64,000 nt of DNA from an uncultured bacterium (GTDB lineage: Bacteria > Hydrothermota > UBA3073 > NMUJ01 > CBEVQO01). The DNA is taken from the NCBI GenBank assembly GCA_965552055.1, contig CBEVQO010000001.1, positions 32,001 through 96,000 on the forward strand, read 5' to 3'. The notes under the pieces were generated by a model that was given only the letters and a program-made list of their open reading frames with translations, searched no databases and had not been told where the DNA came from. Shown here one piece after another: positions 36,594-47,181 of the stretch; position 1 is the first letter of the stretch; each line of letters begins with the position of its first letter. The translations under genes were made by a program, and so were the position numbers.

Positions 36594-38342
36594 TTACCCC
36601 CCTTTTAAAAGTTTTGAAATTTCATTATCCACAGATTTTTGTAAATCGTTAAATTCTTCCAATTTATCCTCCGGAATGTATTTCATCCTTGCAATTTTTT
36701 CCATAACTTCCATCTCCCTTAAATCTTCCACCTTTACTCCTTTTTTAACTGCTTCCTTTGCCCTTTCATAAAAATGCATTATAACTTTTAACATAAAATA
36801 TTGTTTTTTAATCGATGTATAGGTATCTGTTTCGTGAAAAGCATTCTGGTGCAGGAAATCTTCTCTTATTGAACGAGCAGTTTCAAGGATCAATTTTTCC
36901 TCTTCCGATAAAGCTTCTATCCCGACCAGTCGCACTATCTCCTCTAACTCTGCCTCCTTCTCGAGCAACGCCATTGCTTCCTTTCTCAATTCAGGAAAAT
37001 CTTCTCCAACATTATTTTTTACCCACTCCTCAAGTGAATCGAGATAAAGCGAATAACTCGTGAGCCAGTGGATCGCAGGAAAATGTCGCCTGTAAGCCAA
37101 TCTGTCTTCTAAACTCCAGAATACCTTTACTATTCTGAGTGTCGCCTGAACAACAGGGTCTGCAAGGTCGCCTCCTGGTGGCGATACAGCACCAACAACA
37201 GTAAGCGAACCTTCCCTGTTATCGGAGCAGAGACATTTAACTCTGCCAGCCCTCTCGTAAAATTCAGCTATCCTGGTCTGCAAATAAGCAGGATAACCTT
37301 CTTCTCCCGGCATCTCCTCAAGTCTTCCTGATATCTCTCTCATCGCTTCAGCCCAGCGCGAAGTAGAATCAGCCATTAAAGCAACAGAATATCCCATATC
37401 CCTAAAATATTCGCCTATCGTTATCCCGGTATAAACAGAAGCCTCCCTTGCTGCAACAGGCATATTTGAAGTATTGGCAATTAATACCGTGCGCTCCATT
37501 AAAGGTCTGCCGGATTTCGGGTCTTTCAGCTGCGGAAACTCTATTAAAACATCCGTCATCTCATTTCCTCTTTCACCGCATCCAACATAAATTACGATGT
37601 GGGCATCCGACCACTTCGCAAGCTGATGCTGTAAAACGGTTTTACCTGAACCAAAAGGACCCGGACAACATCCAGTACCGCCTTTCGCAATTGTAAAGAA
37701 AGTATCTATCACTCTTTGACCTGTATACATGGGAGTTGATGGAGGCAGTTTCTCTTTATAGGGACGAGGAAGGCGAACAGGCCATCTTTGATACATCTTT
37801 AAACCTTTTCCAGACACAACGCATATAACATCTTCTACCGTAAATTTTCCTTCTTTTATTTCATCAATAACACCTTCGATACCCGGTGGCACCATTATTT
37901 TATGAGAAACGAGTGGCGTCTCCTGAACCTCACCAATGATGTCTCCGCTTTTTACTTTTTCTCCTTTTTTCCTTAAAGGTTTAAAATACCATTTCTTATC
38001 TCTTGGTAAAGCATTTATATGTATGCCCCTCGCAATGTTTGGTCCAACTTTATCCTTTATTATTTCAAGGGGTCTCTGTATTCCATCGAAAATTGCACCT
38101 ATTAGACCTGGTCCCAGTTCAACGGATAGTGGCTCAAATGTAGGATAAACAGGGTCACCGGGTTTCAAGCCGGTGGTATCTTCATAAACCTGAATAGACG
38201 CCCTATCACCATCAAGCCCTATTATCTCGCCAATCAGCCTGAACTCACCAACATGAACAACATCATACATCTTTGAACCTTCCATTTTCTCAGCTACCAC
38301 AAGAGGTCCTGATATTTTAACTATGCGACCTATTTTTTCCAT
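36594..38342 (-). CDS. ntpA: V/A-type ATP synthase subunit A
   Basis: [44 protein letters not shown]; start set at ATG MEKIGRI. Confidence 0.96.
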   Translation of the reverse strand: MEKIGRIVKISGPLVVAEKMEGSKMYDVVHVGEFRLIGEIIGLDGDRASIQVYEDTTGLKPGDPVYPTFEPLSVELGPGLIGAIFDGIQRPLEIIKDKVGPNIARGIHINALPRDKKWYFKPLRKKGEKVKSGDIIGEVQETPLVSHKIMVPPGIEGVIDEIKEGKFTVEDVICVVSGKGLKMYQRWPVRLPRPYKEKLPPSTPMYTGQRVIDTFFTIAKGGTGCCPGPFGSGKTVLQHQLAKWSDAHIVIYVGCGERGNEMTDVLIEFPQLKDPKSGRPLMERTVLIANTSNMPVAAREASVYTGITIGEYFRDMGYSVALMADSTSRWAEAMREISGRLEEMPGEEGYPAYLQTRIAEFYERAGRVKCLCSDNREGSLTVVGAVSPPGGDLADPVVQATLRIVKVFWSLEDRLAYRRHFPAIHWLTSYSLYLDSLEEWVKNNVGEDFPELRKEAMALLEKEAELEEIVRLVGIEALSEEEKLILETARSIREDFLHQNAFHETDTYTSIKKQYFMLKVIMHFYERAKEAVKKGVKVEDLREMEVMEKIARMKYIPEDKLEEFNDLQKSVDNEISKLLKGG

Positions 38343-38349
38343 CTTATTA

Positions 38350-38413
38350 ATTAAAATCAAAATCCCATTTTGTCAAGAAAAAATTCTTGACATTTTAAAA
38401 TTTTGATTTTAAT
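38350..38413. promoter_or_regulatory. Back-to-back promoters, each TTGACA-N15-TTTAAT
   Basis: TGTCAA 38371-38376 and TTGACA 38387-38392; neither downstream gene has an SD. Confidence 0.65.
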
Positions 38414-38416
38414 ATT

Positions 38417-38788
38417 ATGATGAGGCGAAGTGCTTTACTTGATTTATTTATAGTTGCGGTATTGATAGGTCTTATAATTCCTATCATTTTGCCGAAAATA
38501 ACACAAAGTAAGAGGAGGAAAGAAGAGGTCATTGAAGTGGCTGATAAATTGCACAAAGCCATTAGATTTTATAAGCTGGACAGAGGACATTATCCCATGA
38601 TGGAGTATGATGATTATAAAAAGTTCGCTGAATCTCTCACAGATACGCAGGGCATACCTTATATCAGGTTACCTGAGGAGATTGAGTTAGACGAATTTTT
38701 ATATCGACCACTGGATGATACGAATTACTTCGTGCTAATGAAAACTGATAAATTTGAGATAAAAATAGACAAGAGGGGAATAAGATAA
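38417..38788 (+). CDS. GspG-like pseudopilin with non-canonical leader
   Basis: Hydrophobic pilin-like helix LLDLFIVAVLIGLII and AIRFYKLDRGHYP. Confidence 0.6.
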   Translation: MMRRSALLDLFIVAVLIGLIIPIILPKITQSKRRKEEVIEVADKLHKAIRFYKLDRGHYPMMEYDDYKKFAESLTDTQGIPYIRLPEEIELDEFLYRPLDDTNYFVLMKTDKFEIKIDKRGIR

Positions 38789-40137
38789 TGCCTCTTGGAG
38801 TTGAAATAACAGAGAGTGAAATCAAAGTTGTGAACATCGATAAAGTAGGTGGGGATTATATTTTCAAGGGTCATATTGTAACTCCCATTTCAAGGTCTGC
38901 ACTGCATGAAGGAGAAATCGTTGATACAGATGCATTCCTGAGGGATATTGCGAGTGTAATAGAAAGCATATCTCCGGGTGAGAGGTCTATTGCCATTGCA
39001 TTGCCCGAGAACCCCAGATATTCTGAACTGCTTATGAATACACTCACTGAAGGAGGTTTTTCAATAATTTTCAGCGATACAAAAACTTCGGCTCTGAGAT
39101 TCGCATACCCAGCTGAAAAGAAAGTGGCAATAATCAGTATAAATGAATCCAAAACTTATGTAAGCATTGTAAAAGAAGATGGCTCATTTGAAGGTAAAGA
39201 ATTCCCTTTCGGAATTGTGAATTTCATCCATGCTATAAGGGAACTTGCAGAAGATTTAACCGAAAGTGAAGCCAAAAAAATATTATTTGGAGAAAAATGG
39301 CCCGATGCAACAAGATATAAACTAAAGGATATGTCCCACAAAATAAAAGGCACAATCGATGTACTCGGAGGAATGTTACTCGATGAATTCCCTGAATACT
39401 TTCAGGGAGAGGAGAAGCTCAAAATTATAATAAGCGGAGAAGGCGCTTTATTACCAGGGATAACAGAAGCATTCAGAGAGCGCTTTAGCACACAGGTTGA
39501 AACAATTGACCCCTTACAGGGATTTAAAATAGAAGAAGGAATCGCTGCACCACCAGGATACTCAATTGATATAGCTCTCGGTATCGCTATCGAAGCAATA
39601 GAATCGGAAGGTCTCGAAAAGAAAGTAAAAGTTAAAGAAAAAGAAAAGGTTAAAAAAGAAACAAAAAAAATAGCTGCACCTGCAAAGAAAAAAAGGGCAT
39701 CAGGAGTGTTAACTTTTCTGATAATTTGGGGAATATTACTCGGCGGAAGTTTCTTCGGCATGGACTATTATCTCAAAAGTCTCGATAAAAAGACAAAAAA
39801 TTTAATGCTCATTACACCAAAATCTTATGCAATACCTGATTTCAAAAATTATCACATTATAAGAGCACTGGAAATAAATTTAATGAACGCAATAAATAAA
39901 GTCCTGCCTGAATCAACATGGTTCACAGCACTAAATGAAATAAGCAGATCGGAAAACGGCATATTATTCCAAATAGATGGAATGACAGCACTGGGAAATC
40001 CGTTGAAAATTGAAAAAATGTTCAATTCAAATAAAAATTTCGATAAAGTAAGGATATGGAATATCAAAAAGGTAAAAGAAACAAAAAAACTGGTTATAAA
40101 AAGTTTCAGTCTCACTGGTAGATTTTATCTGAAATGA
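38788..40137 (+). CDS. PilM-like actin-fold domain fused to TM + PilN-like domain
   Basis: GVEITESEIKVV, LHEGEIVD, IIISGEGALLPGI, IALGIA; TM; LPESTWFT...IDG. Confidence 0.7.
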   Translation: MPLGVEITESEIKVVNIDKVGGDYIFKGHIVTPISRSALHEGEIVDTDAFLRDIASVIESISPGERSIAIALPENPRYSELLMNTLTEGGFSIIFSDTKTSALRFAYPAEKKVAIISINESKTYVSIVKEDGSFEGKEFPFGIVNFIHAIRELAEDLTESEAKKILFGEKWPDATRYKLKDMSHKIKGTIDVLGGMLLDEFPEYFQGEEKLKIIISGEGALLPGITEAFRERFSTQVETIDPLQGFKIEEGIAAPPGYSIDIALGIAIEAIESEGLEKKVKVKEKEKVKKETKKIAAPAKKKRASGVLTFLIIWGILLGGSFFGMDYYLKSLDKKTKNLMLITPKSYAIPDFKNYHIIRALEINLMNAINKVLPESTWFTALNEISRSENGILFQIDGMTALGNPLKIEKMFNSNKNFDKVRIWNIKKVKETKKLVIKSFSLTGRFYLK

Positions 40138-40598
40138 GGTGGTTTTTAGTGATAGTGATTGCAGGTGTAGGCACTTACTACTACTATCAAAAAATCTTTA
40201 AACATAAACTTAATGAATTGAGAAAAAAAGAAGAACAATACGAATTGGCAAAATCAACAGAAGCAATTCTTTTCAAAGATGTAAAAGTAAGATTACTCCT
40301 TAAATCAAAATTGAAGAATTTCATCGAAAAAGATTTCAGAAAACTCGTTGATAAATATCCTGTAATATTATTGACGCCTCCCGAATTCATTTCAAAATCA
40401 GACGAAAAATATTATATAGCCCACAGGTATAGAATTAAAATGAGAGCAAAATATCATGATTTCGGGAAATTACTTTCTGAATTGCTGAAAAAATACGAAT
40501 TCGCAGAAATCGAAAAATTAAGAATGAGATATTCAAACTCGAAGAATTATCCTGTTGATATTGAATTTGTATTGATATGTTATACTACAAAATCATAA
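40134..40598 (+). CDS. PilO-like protein
   Basis: N-terminal TM, coiled coil, YRIKMRAKYHDFGKLLSEL; position in cluster. Confidence 0.65.
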   Translation: MRWFLVIVIAGVGTYYYYQKIFKHKLNELRKKEEQYELAKSTEAILFKDVKVRLLLKSKLKNFIEKDFRKLVDKYPVILLTPPEFISKSDEKYYIAHRYRIKMRAKYHDFGKLLSELLKKYEFAEIEKLRMRYSNSKNYPVDIEFVLICYTTKS

Positions 40599-41008
40599 TA
40601 TTTTTGCTGACAATATCTCTTGATTATTACCCGAAAGGCAGGGACCCATTTTTGCCACTTGAGTTCATCACGAAAGAAGAAATCACACCTCTTAAGGTGT
40701 CTGAAAAAGCAAAAGAAGAGAGTGTAGAAACTGTAAAGGAAGAGGCAGAAGAAAAAACCGAAGTGAAAGAAAAAATAAGAGAAACAAAATTAATCGACCC
40801 TGAGTATGCAGAACTTGTAGGACTGCTCTATACACCAAAGAAAAAAATAGCGCTTATAAGGGATAAGAGAACGGGTAAAGAAGTATTAATGCAGGTGGGT
40901 GACACCGTACTTAATGGCAACCTCGTTTTCATCGGTAGGAATCGCGTCGTTTTCAGATATTATAAGAATGGTAAATTAACGGGAAAAACTTTGCTCCCAA
41001 GCTGGTAA
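40577..41008 (+). CDS. PilP-like protein
   Basis: YYPKGRDPFLP, ELVGLL...ALI...MQVGD. Confidence 0.65.
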   Translation: MLYYKIIIFLLTISLDYYPKGRDPFLPLEFITKEEITPLKVSEKAKEESVETVKEEAEEKTEVKEKIRETKLIDPEYAELVGLLYTPKKKIALIRDKRTGKEVLMQVGDTVLNGNLVFIGRNRVVFRYYKNGKLTGKTLLPSW

Positions 41009-42562
41009 TTCTTCTTTTAATCTGAAATATTCTCTGATAACTTCGCGTGCTATAGGTGCTGCCTTAACTCCACCCATTCCACCATGTTCTACCACCACAA
41101 CTACAGCTATTTCTGCGGAATCACGGGGTGCGAATGCACAAAAAAGTGCATGCGGCTTGCCAAGAGGATTCTCTGCTGTGCCTGTTTTACCACATACAGA
41201 TAACCCGGGAATATAAGCAAGATGACCCGTGCCATAGGGCTTACCAACTACACCTTCCATCGCAGACTTCAAAAACTGGATTGTTGACTCAGATAAAGGC
41301 AGCTCATAATCCTGTACATTTATGGAACAAAATATCCTGTTACCTGATTTCACTTTTTTAACAAGATGCAATCTCTTTGTCTTACCGTTATTTGCTATTG
41401 CACAAAAAAATTGTAACAATTGCAAAGGGGTGCATAAAATTTCACCCTGCCCTATTGATAGGTTGGCAACATCTCCTTTCCATACTCTCCTGCCATATTT
41501 TTCTCTATAAAAACTCCTATCAGGAATAAAACCACTGCCTTCGTATGGTAAATCGATTCCCACTTTTTTACCAAATCCCATCTTTCTTGCAAATTTTGTT
41601 AGCTCATCGAATCCTATTTTTAAGCCAAGTTTATAGAAGAAAACATCACAAGATTTTACTATTGCATTGTAAAAATCAACTTCACCATGTGTGCTCCAGC
41701 ATTTAAAATATCTTCTTCCTATTTTCATCGCTCCGCTACAGAAAACTTTTGTATTTTCATCTGCAATGCCTTCCTCGAGTGCACAGGCAGCGGTTATTAT
41801 TTTGAAAACAGAACCAGGTGAATATGTTCCACAGGCAACTCTGTCCCACATTGCAAAGAGTGTATCACGAATATAAACACTAACAGAATTCGGATTAAAG
41901 CTGGGCTTAGAAATATAACATAAAATTTCACCGGTTCTCGGAGAAGCAGCAACTATAACGCCTCTATCTATCAAATTATAAGCAAACCTCTGTAGCCTCG
42001 AATCTATTGTTAAAACAAGGTCCTTACCGGCGCTTGGAGGTATATATTCAGGATAAGGAGCGATTTCTTTACCAGTGGCATCCACTATTACATAGGAATA
42101 TCCGCGTTTACCGCGCAAAAATTCCTCGTAGAACCGCTCGATACCCATCTTACCAATAACATCACCAAGAATATAAGGAGGCTGGAGCTCTTCTCTTGAA
42201 ACCTCGCCAACATATCCAACTGGATGCGAAAAGACATAAGAAAAAGGATACCAGCGATGAGGACGAATTTCTATATCCACGGGAAAAGAATCAATATGTT
42301 CCTCATAAAAAGCAATTCTTTCGAAGCTCGCATTTTTCTCGACCTCGTTATCTTTTTTAACCCAGTAGCTTATTTTATCCGTAGCAACAATCACACCATT
42401 TCTATCATAAATTTTACCTCGCCTTGCTCTCAAAATTTTTGCTTTAACACAATTTCTCTTCGCAAGAAGTTTATATTTCTCTTCGGATATTACCTGAAGA
42501 TAAATCAGTCTCAGTATTAATAGAGAAAATCCGGATAGAACAAAAATGTTAATCTTTTTCAC
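40976..42562 (-). CDS. mrdA: Penicillin-binding protein 2 (compact)
   Basis: RRGKIYDRNG, GKMGIE, PGSVFK (SxxK), SCDVFFY, GKTGTAE. Confidence 0.92.
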   Translation of the reverse strand: MKKINIFVLSGFSLLILRLIYLQVISEEKYKLLAKRNCVKAKILRARRGKIYDRNGVIVATDKISYWVKKDNEVEKNASFERIAFYEEHIDSFPVDIEIRPHRWYPFSYVFSHPVGYVGEVSREELQPPYILGDVIGKMGIERFYEEFLRGKRGYSYVIVDATGKEIAPYPEYIPPSAGKDLVLTIDSRLQRFAYNLIDRGVIVAASPRTGEILCYISKPSFNPNSVSVYIRDTLFAMWDRVACGTYSPGSVFKIITAACALEEGIADENTKVFCSGAMKIGRRYFKCWSTHGEVDFYNAIVKSCDVFFYKLGLKIGFDELTKFARKMGFGKKVGIDLPYEGSGFIPDRSFYREKYGRRVWKGDVANLSIGQGEILCTPLQLLQFFCAIANNGKTKRLHLVKKVKSGNRIFCSINVQDYELPLSESTIQFLKSAMEGVVGKPYGTGHLAYIPGLSVCGKTGTAENPLGKPHALFCAFAPRDSAEIAVVVVVEHGGMGGVKAAPIAREVIREYFRLKEELPAWEQSFSR

Positions 42563-43061
42563 CAGGCTGTAAAATTCGCATTTCTCTTATTAAGAACCTG
42601 ACATCGTCTTCTGTTAACCCTGCGACACAATCTTCCGGTATTTTAACCTTAAAACCACGCTGTAACGCATCTCCTGCTGTAAAAAGCACACAAATATTTG
42701 CAGCAACACCTGTCAATATTAACTCCTTTATCCCCTTTTCTTTCAAAATAGATTCAAGATTTGTTTTGTAAAAACCAGAATATCTTTTCTTCTCAATAAT
42801 TATATCTCCCTCTCTGGGCTTCAACTCTTCGACTATTTGAGCACCTTCTGTTCCTTTAACCGCATGCTTTGGCCAAACTTTAAATTCCTCATCATCAGGC
42901 GAATGTGCATCACAGATATAAATCACAGGATAGCCCTCCTTATGTGCTTTTTCAATCTCCCTCTTAATGTTCGGAATTATCCTCTCTGCACCTTCGATGT
43001 AAAGAGAAGCTCCCTTTCTTACAAAATCGTTCAACATATCGATTATAAGCAACGCCTTCAT
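42549..43061 (-). CDS. Isochorismatase-family cysteine hydrolase (nicotinamidase-like)
   Basis: IIDMLNDF, CDAH, WPKHA, KKRYSGF, GVAANICV; ATGA overlap sets the start at 43061. Confidence 0.88.
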   Translation of the reverse strand: MKALLIIDMLNDFVRKGASLYIEGAERIIPNIKREIEKAHKEGYPVIYICDAHSPDDEEFKVWPKHAVKGTEGAQIVEELKPREGDIIIEKKRYSGFYKTNLESILKEKGIKELILTGVAANICVLFTAGDALQRGFKVKIPEDCVAGLTEDDVRFLIREMRILQPGEKD

Positions 43062-43528
43062 GGCGCAAAAACAAGTGCAACAACTCCACAAACCCAAGTA
43101 TCCACACCTTCTATCTCTATTCCCTCTGTCTTCTCCATTATATCTTTCTCATCAATTCCTTCATAAATTGCTTTTAACATCTCCTTTGCACAAATGGAAG
43201 ACCTTTCTTTTGCTTCTTTTAAAGATTTTGCCTTATACTCGGCTACACAGCCAACTTTGTCACTTTCCTTGAGATAAGCAACAGAAAGTGCTATCGCAGA
43301 TTTCTCACCTTTTCTGCAATAATCTTCAATCATAACACAATGAACGATGCTACCAGGAGATAGACTAAATATAGCATTGCCTTTCTCCACAATCTCGCAT
43401 CCAGGCGGTAAAATGCTCGTTACCTTTACAAGATTAAATTTCTCAATACCAGCAGATTTCAAAGCATTATGGAATGCAACTATCTTTTCCACATGCATGC
43501 CCACACCTTTGGTTAAAAAAGCTTTCAC
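43058..43528 (-). CDS. pdaD: Pyruvoyl-dependent arginine decarboxylase-like proenzyme
   Basis: AFLTKGVG, ALKSAGIEKFNLVKVTSILPP (Thr-Ser cleavage site), VAEY. Confidence 0.8.
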   Translation of the reverse strand: MKAFLTKGVGMHVEKIVAFHNALKSAGIEKFNLVKVTSILPPGCEIVEKGNAIFSLSPGSIVHCVMIEDYCRKGEKSAIALSVAYLKESDKVGCVAEYKAKSLKEAKERSSICAKEMLKAIYEGIDEKDIMEKTEGIEIEGVDTWVCGVVALVFAP

Positions 43529-43533
43529 GACTT

Positions 43534-43599
43534 ATAATATCCAAAATACATCTTTGTCAACAAAAAATCTTGACAAAACAAAAATTTTATTAATAAAAT
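43534..43599. promoter_or_regulatory. Back-to-back promoters: minus TTGACA-N15-TATTAT (leaderless GTG); plus TTGACA-N15-TAATAA or N18-TAAAAT
   Basis: TGTCAA 43555-43560, TTGACA 43570-43575. Confidence 0.7.
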
Positions 43600-43615
43600 T
43601 TGGTAAGGAGGGGGT

Positions 43616-44473
43616 ATGAACGCCTTAAAAACTGCATTTCTAATGGCTTTATTGTTTGCGCTTTTTATTTTCATCGGTGGGCTGATAGGAGGTAAGACAG
43701 GCATGATAATTGCATTCTTTTTAGCGCTTACGATAAATCTTATTTCTTTCTGGTTTTCCGATAGAATAGTGCTTTCCACCATGCGTGCAATGCCTGCCAG
43801 CGAAAGAGATTATCCTTATCTGCACCGAATAGTAGCAAACTTATCTGAGAGAATAGGGATACCGAAACCCAGAATTTACATAGTCCCTACAAATCACCCT
43901 AATGCTTTTGCTACCGGCAGGAATCCACAAAATGCAGCAGTAGCGGTAACAAGCGGATTGCTCAAACTACTGGATGAGGATGAAATAGAAGGAGTAATCG
44001 GTCATGAACTTATGCATATAAAAAATCGTGATACTCTAATCTCAACGATTGCTGCATCAATTGCTGGAGCTATAATGTTGCTTGCAAACTGGGCAAGATG
44101 GTCATTCTGGCTCGGTGGACTCGATGACAGAGAGGATAGGGGAGCAGGTCTCTTTGCACTTTTACTCATCGCAATACTGGCACCTATTGCAGCGCTCCTT
44201 ATTCAAATGGCAATTTCAAGGACAAGGGAATACAGTGCGGATGAAGGTTCTGCGAGGGCTACCCGTAAGCCCCGTGCTCTTGCTTCCGCTCTTGAGAAGA
44301 TAGCTTATGGTGCTAAAAAACTGCCTCTACAGGTGAATCCCGAATGCCATCATCTGTTCATAGTGCAACCTGTATCCGGTGACTGGATAGCATCTCTATT
44401 CAGCACGCATCCGCCTGTAAGAAAAAGAATAGAAAGACTGCTAAAGTTAGAAAGGGAACTTTATCTAAGGTGA
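43616..44473 (+). CDS. htpX: Zinc metalloprotease HtpX
   Basis: PNAFATGRNP, HELMH, ISRTREYSAD, FSTHPP. Confidence 0.96.
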   Translation: MNALKTAFLMALLFALFIFIGGLIGGKTGMIIAFFLALTINLISFWFSDRIVLSTMRAMPASERDYPYLHRIVANLSERIGIPKPRIYIVPTNHPNAFATGRNPQNAAVAVTSGLLKLLDEDEIEGVIGHELMHIKNRDTLISTIAASIAGAIMLLANWARWSFWLGGLDDREDRGAGLFALLLIAILAPIAALLIQMAISRTREYSADEGSARATRKPRALASALEKIAYGAKKLPLQVNPECHHLFIVQPVSGDWIASLFSTHPPVRKRIERLLKLERELYLR

Positions 44474-45330
44474 TAGTACTGCTGATATGTCTCATCTTTT
44501 CAAAGTATTGTGATGAACTTCTGGAGTATGAGGTTGGTGCGAGGGCAATGGGTGTTGGAAACGCTTATACTGCATTGTGCTCCGACCCCTCTGCATTTTA
44601 CTGGAATCCAGCAGCTTTAACTTCACTAAAAAAATCACAAATCTTAATAGAATACTCTGCACCATTTTCAAATTTCTATAAAATTTATTCCTTCTCTTTA
44701 AATCTCAAGAATAGTGCAATTTTTGGAATAAATTATCTCATATTCGACAGTATTCTGCAAACAGATACTTTGGGCAATATATTATCCATTTTTTCGGTAA
44801 AGGACTATGTTTTTAACATTACTACAGGTAAAAAGTTGCATGATTTTTCAGCGGGTGTGAATTTAAAACTCATTTACAGGGATTATTTTGAAGCAAACTG
44901 TTATGGCATGGGAATTGATTTCGGGCTATTCAAAAGAATATCCGAATTGAGGTTCGGTCTATGCATAAGAAACATTTTTGGAACTCATTTATTGTGGAGT
45001 AACGGAAATTATGAAATCGCTTCACCTTCATTAAATCTCGGGCTGGCTTTTTCACATAAATTAAAAGATGGAATTTTGTCATTCACATCGGATTTCTCTT
45101 TTTACACATTAAAAAGACATACAGAATTCGGGACATTAAATCTCGATACCAGATTTGGAATCGAATATCTTCATGAAAATTTGCTTTTTATAAGAGCAGG
45201 TAAAGATAAAGATAAATTAACATGTGGCATTGGAATAAAACTCCCTGATTTGTATCTTGATGGTGCAATTGAACTTGGGGAACATCTTGGTGTATCAAAA
45301 AAAGTATCGGGAGGTGTAGTATGGCGATAG
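44470..45330 (+). CDS. PorV/PorQ-like (FadL-fold) outer-membrane protein
   Basis: GARAMGVGNAYTA...AFYWNPAAL. Confidence 0.75.
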   Translation: MIVLLICLIFSKYCDELLEYEVGARAMGVGNAYTALCSDPSAFYWNPAALTSLKKSQILIEYSAPFSNFYKIYSFSLNLKNSAIFGINYLIFDSILQTDTLGNILSIFSVKDYVFNITTGKKLHDFSAGVNLKLIYRDYFEANCYGMGIDFGLFKRISELRFGLCIRNIFGTHLLWSNGNYEIASPSLNLGLAFSHKLKDGILSFTSDFSFYTLKRHTEFGTLNLDTRFGIEYLHENLLFIRAGKDKDKLTCGIGIKLPDLYLDGAIELGEHLGVSKKVSGGVVWR

Positions 45331-45785
45331 ATTTTGATAAGTTATATGAAGCAATGAGTGATTTTGCAAGTGGCAAAGTTTACATTCTCGATATGGACAC
45401 GGGCGAAATAATAGTGATAAGTCCGGCGGTGCAGAACATCATCGAGAAAGAGAGAACGGGCTCAACACTGACATCCAGTGAGAGAGCAATTTTAAAAGAG
45501 GTTAAAGAAAAATTCGACCACAAAAGAAAAGATAGATATGTCCCCATCCCAAAGATTGAATCACGGGAAAGCTATAAGATAATGCAGGAATTCGCTGAAA
45601 CAATAAAAAATGAATCAATGAGAAAAAAGGTAGAAGAAGCTCTAAAAGCAGAAAAACCTTTCAGTAAATTCAATGAAATAGTATTAAAACATCCACAGGA
45701 AAGAAAAAGATGGTTAGAATTTAAAAAAGAAAAAATTATTGAAATAGCCAAAAAATGGCTTGATAAAATAGGGGTGGAATATTAA
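45321..45785 (+). CDS. UPF0158 family protein
   Basis: YILDMDTGEII, YKIMQEFA, KPFSKF...WLEFK...KKWL. Confidence 0.8.
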   Translation: MAIDFDKLYEAMSDFASGKVYILDMDTGEIIVISPAVQNIIEKERTGSTLTSSERAILKEVKEKFDHKRKDRYVPIPKIESRESYKIMQEFAETIKNESMRKKVEEALKAEKPFSKFNEIVLKHPQERKRWLEFKKEKIIEIAKKWLDKIGVEY

Positions 45786-46771
45786 CCTCTTTTTTCAACA
45801 ATAACCTTAAAAACGAAAAAAGCACCTATTATTACAAATAAATAGTAAGTGAAAAATCTCCATAATGCAATAAAAACGGGCTCAAGACCCGGTGGGCACA
45901 TTTGTCTAAAAAGCCCATAAGCAGTGCCCTCTGCAAGTCCGCTTGCCCCAGGCGTGGGATAAAAAACCGATAAAAACATATATATCATCTGCAAAAACAT
46001 AATATCCCATGTATTCACACTTACACCCAGACCATAAAAAGTTACAGGCGCTAAAACTGCATAAAGCAACACCGATACAAAGCCAAGAAAAAGAACAAGC
46101 AAAAATTTCCATTTACCACTCGTAAAACATTCCTTAAAACCCATTTTAAACAAATCTACTTCTTTCTTAAGCCTCTCAAGTGCCACTTTTGCCTTTTCTG
46201 ATTTCACCTTTAAAATAAGATTATCAAGCCTCCTTTTCGCATCATCTGTAAAAAACATAACATAAAAAAGGAAAAGTATTAAAAGACCGTAAATCACATA
46301 AACTACATGTGATACAGATTTCAAACCTTTTGATAACTCTGCTACCCTCGAATAAAAAACAAGGCTCACAGGCAAAAGCGAAATTAAAATAGTTATGCCT
46401 CTAAGAGCAAGTGCACCACCTGCTTTACCGATGCTCATTCCGTCTCGTTGAAGTAAGTAAACCTGATAAGGTATAGCAAGAGCTCCACCCGCCGGCAATA
46501 TTGTAAAAAACCAGCCTCCAAGAACAACATCACAACTTGTGCGAAAAGATGGCAAATGACCAAATGCCCAGCACAAAACCCGAAACCTTAAACATTCAAC
46601 AACACATCTAACAAAAACAATAAGAAAACCAAGTAAAAGATAAAAGGATGATACCTCTCCAAATTTTATCTTCTGTCCTTTCAAAAAATTATAAAGGAAA
46701 ATCGCAAAAATTGAGACAAAAGTTAGAAGAAGAGATATCGTTATCCCTTTTCTGATTTTTTCTTTATCCAT
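45782..46771 (-). CDS. Lysylphosphatidylglycerol synthase TM / flippase-like (UPF0104) protein
   Basis: Multiple TMs; PTPGASGLAEG; LWRFFTYY. Confidence 0.85.
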   Translation of the reverse strand: MDKEKIRKGITISLLLTFVSIFAIFLYNFLKGQKIKFGEVSSFYLLLGFLIVFVRCVVECLRFRVLCWAFGHLPSFRTSCDVVLGGWFFTILPAGGALAIPYQVYLLQRDGMSIGKAGGALALRGITILISLLPVSLVFYSRVAELSKGLKSVSHVVYVIYGLLILFLFYVMFFTDDAKRRLDNLILKVKSEKAKVALERLKKEVDLFKMGFKECFTSGKWKFLLVLFLGFVSVLLYAVLAPVTFYGLGVSVNTWDIMFLQMIYMFLSVFYPTPGASGLAEGTAYGLFRQMCPPGLEPVFIALWRFFTYYLFVIIGAFFVFKVIVEKRG

Positions 46772-47181
46772 ACTCTTCCTTTATCAATTATGTGAATAAC
46801 TTTCCAGCCCCTTTCTTCCAGCGATTGAGAGATAAACCTCCGATGACAGCGCCATGGAAAGCGCTCGGCACACATAAAAACCGTCCTGCCACGCACAGCA
46901 ATGTTTTCGAGCTCACATACTCCACTTTTGTAATCATCGGTCTCCATAAATAACCTGTAACCACCCTGACGATAACCTCCCAATTTATCACCCAGATAAA
47001 AATATTTTATGCCATTTTCTTCCAAAAATTTCTTCAAATTTTCCTTTACAAAATGCTGATATCTACTGTGAGGAAAACGACGCACATCTATTAATTGTTC
47101 GATTCCATGCTCTTTTAATAGCTCCAAGAATTCTTCTTTTGTCCTTCTGCTGGTGCCAATTGTATATATCACCTTAGCCAC
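46741..47181 (-). CDS. DUF488 protein
   Basis: IYTIGTS, LIDVRRFP, LGG, MCAERFPWRCHR. Confidence 0.88.
   Translation of the reverse strand: MAKVIYTIGTSRRTKEEFLELLKEHGIEQLIDVRRFPHSRYQHFVKENLKKFLEENGIKYFYLGDKLGGYRQGGYRLFMETDDYKSGVCELENIAVRGRTVFMCAERFPWRCHRRFISQSLEERGWKVIHIIDKGRVWIKKKSEKG

Noticed and set aside
38371..43575. TGTCAA-N9/10-TTGACA palindromes as a transcription-factor operator
   Set aside because: Spacing varies between loci (9, 10, 20, 34 nt) and half-sites occur alone; better explained as back-to-back -35 elements
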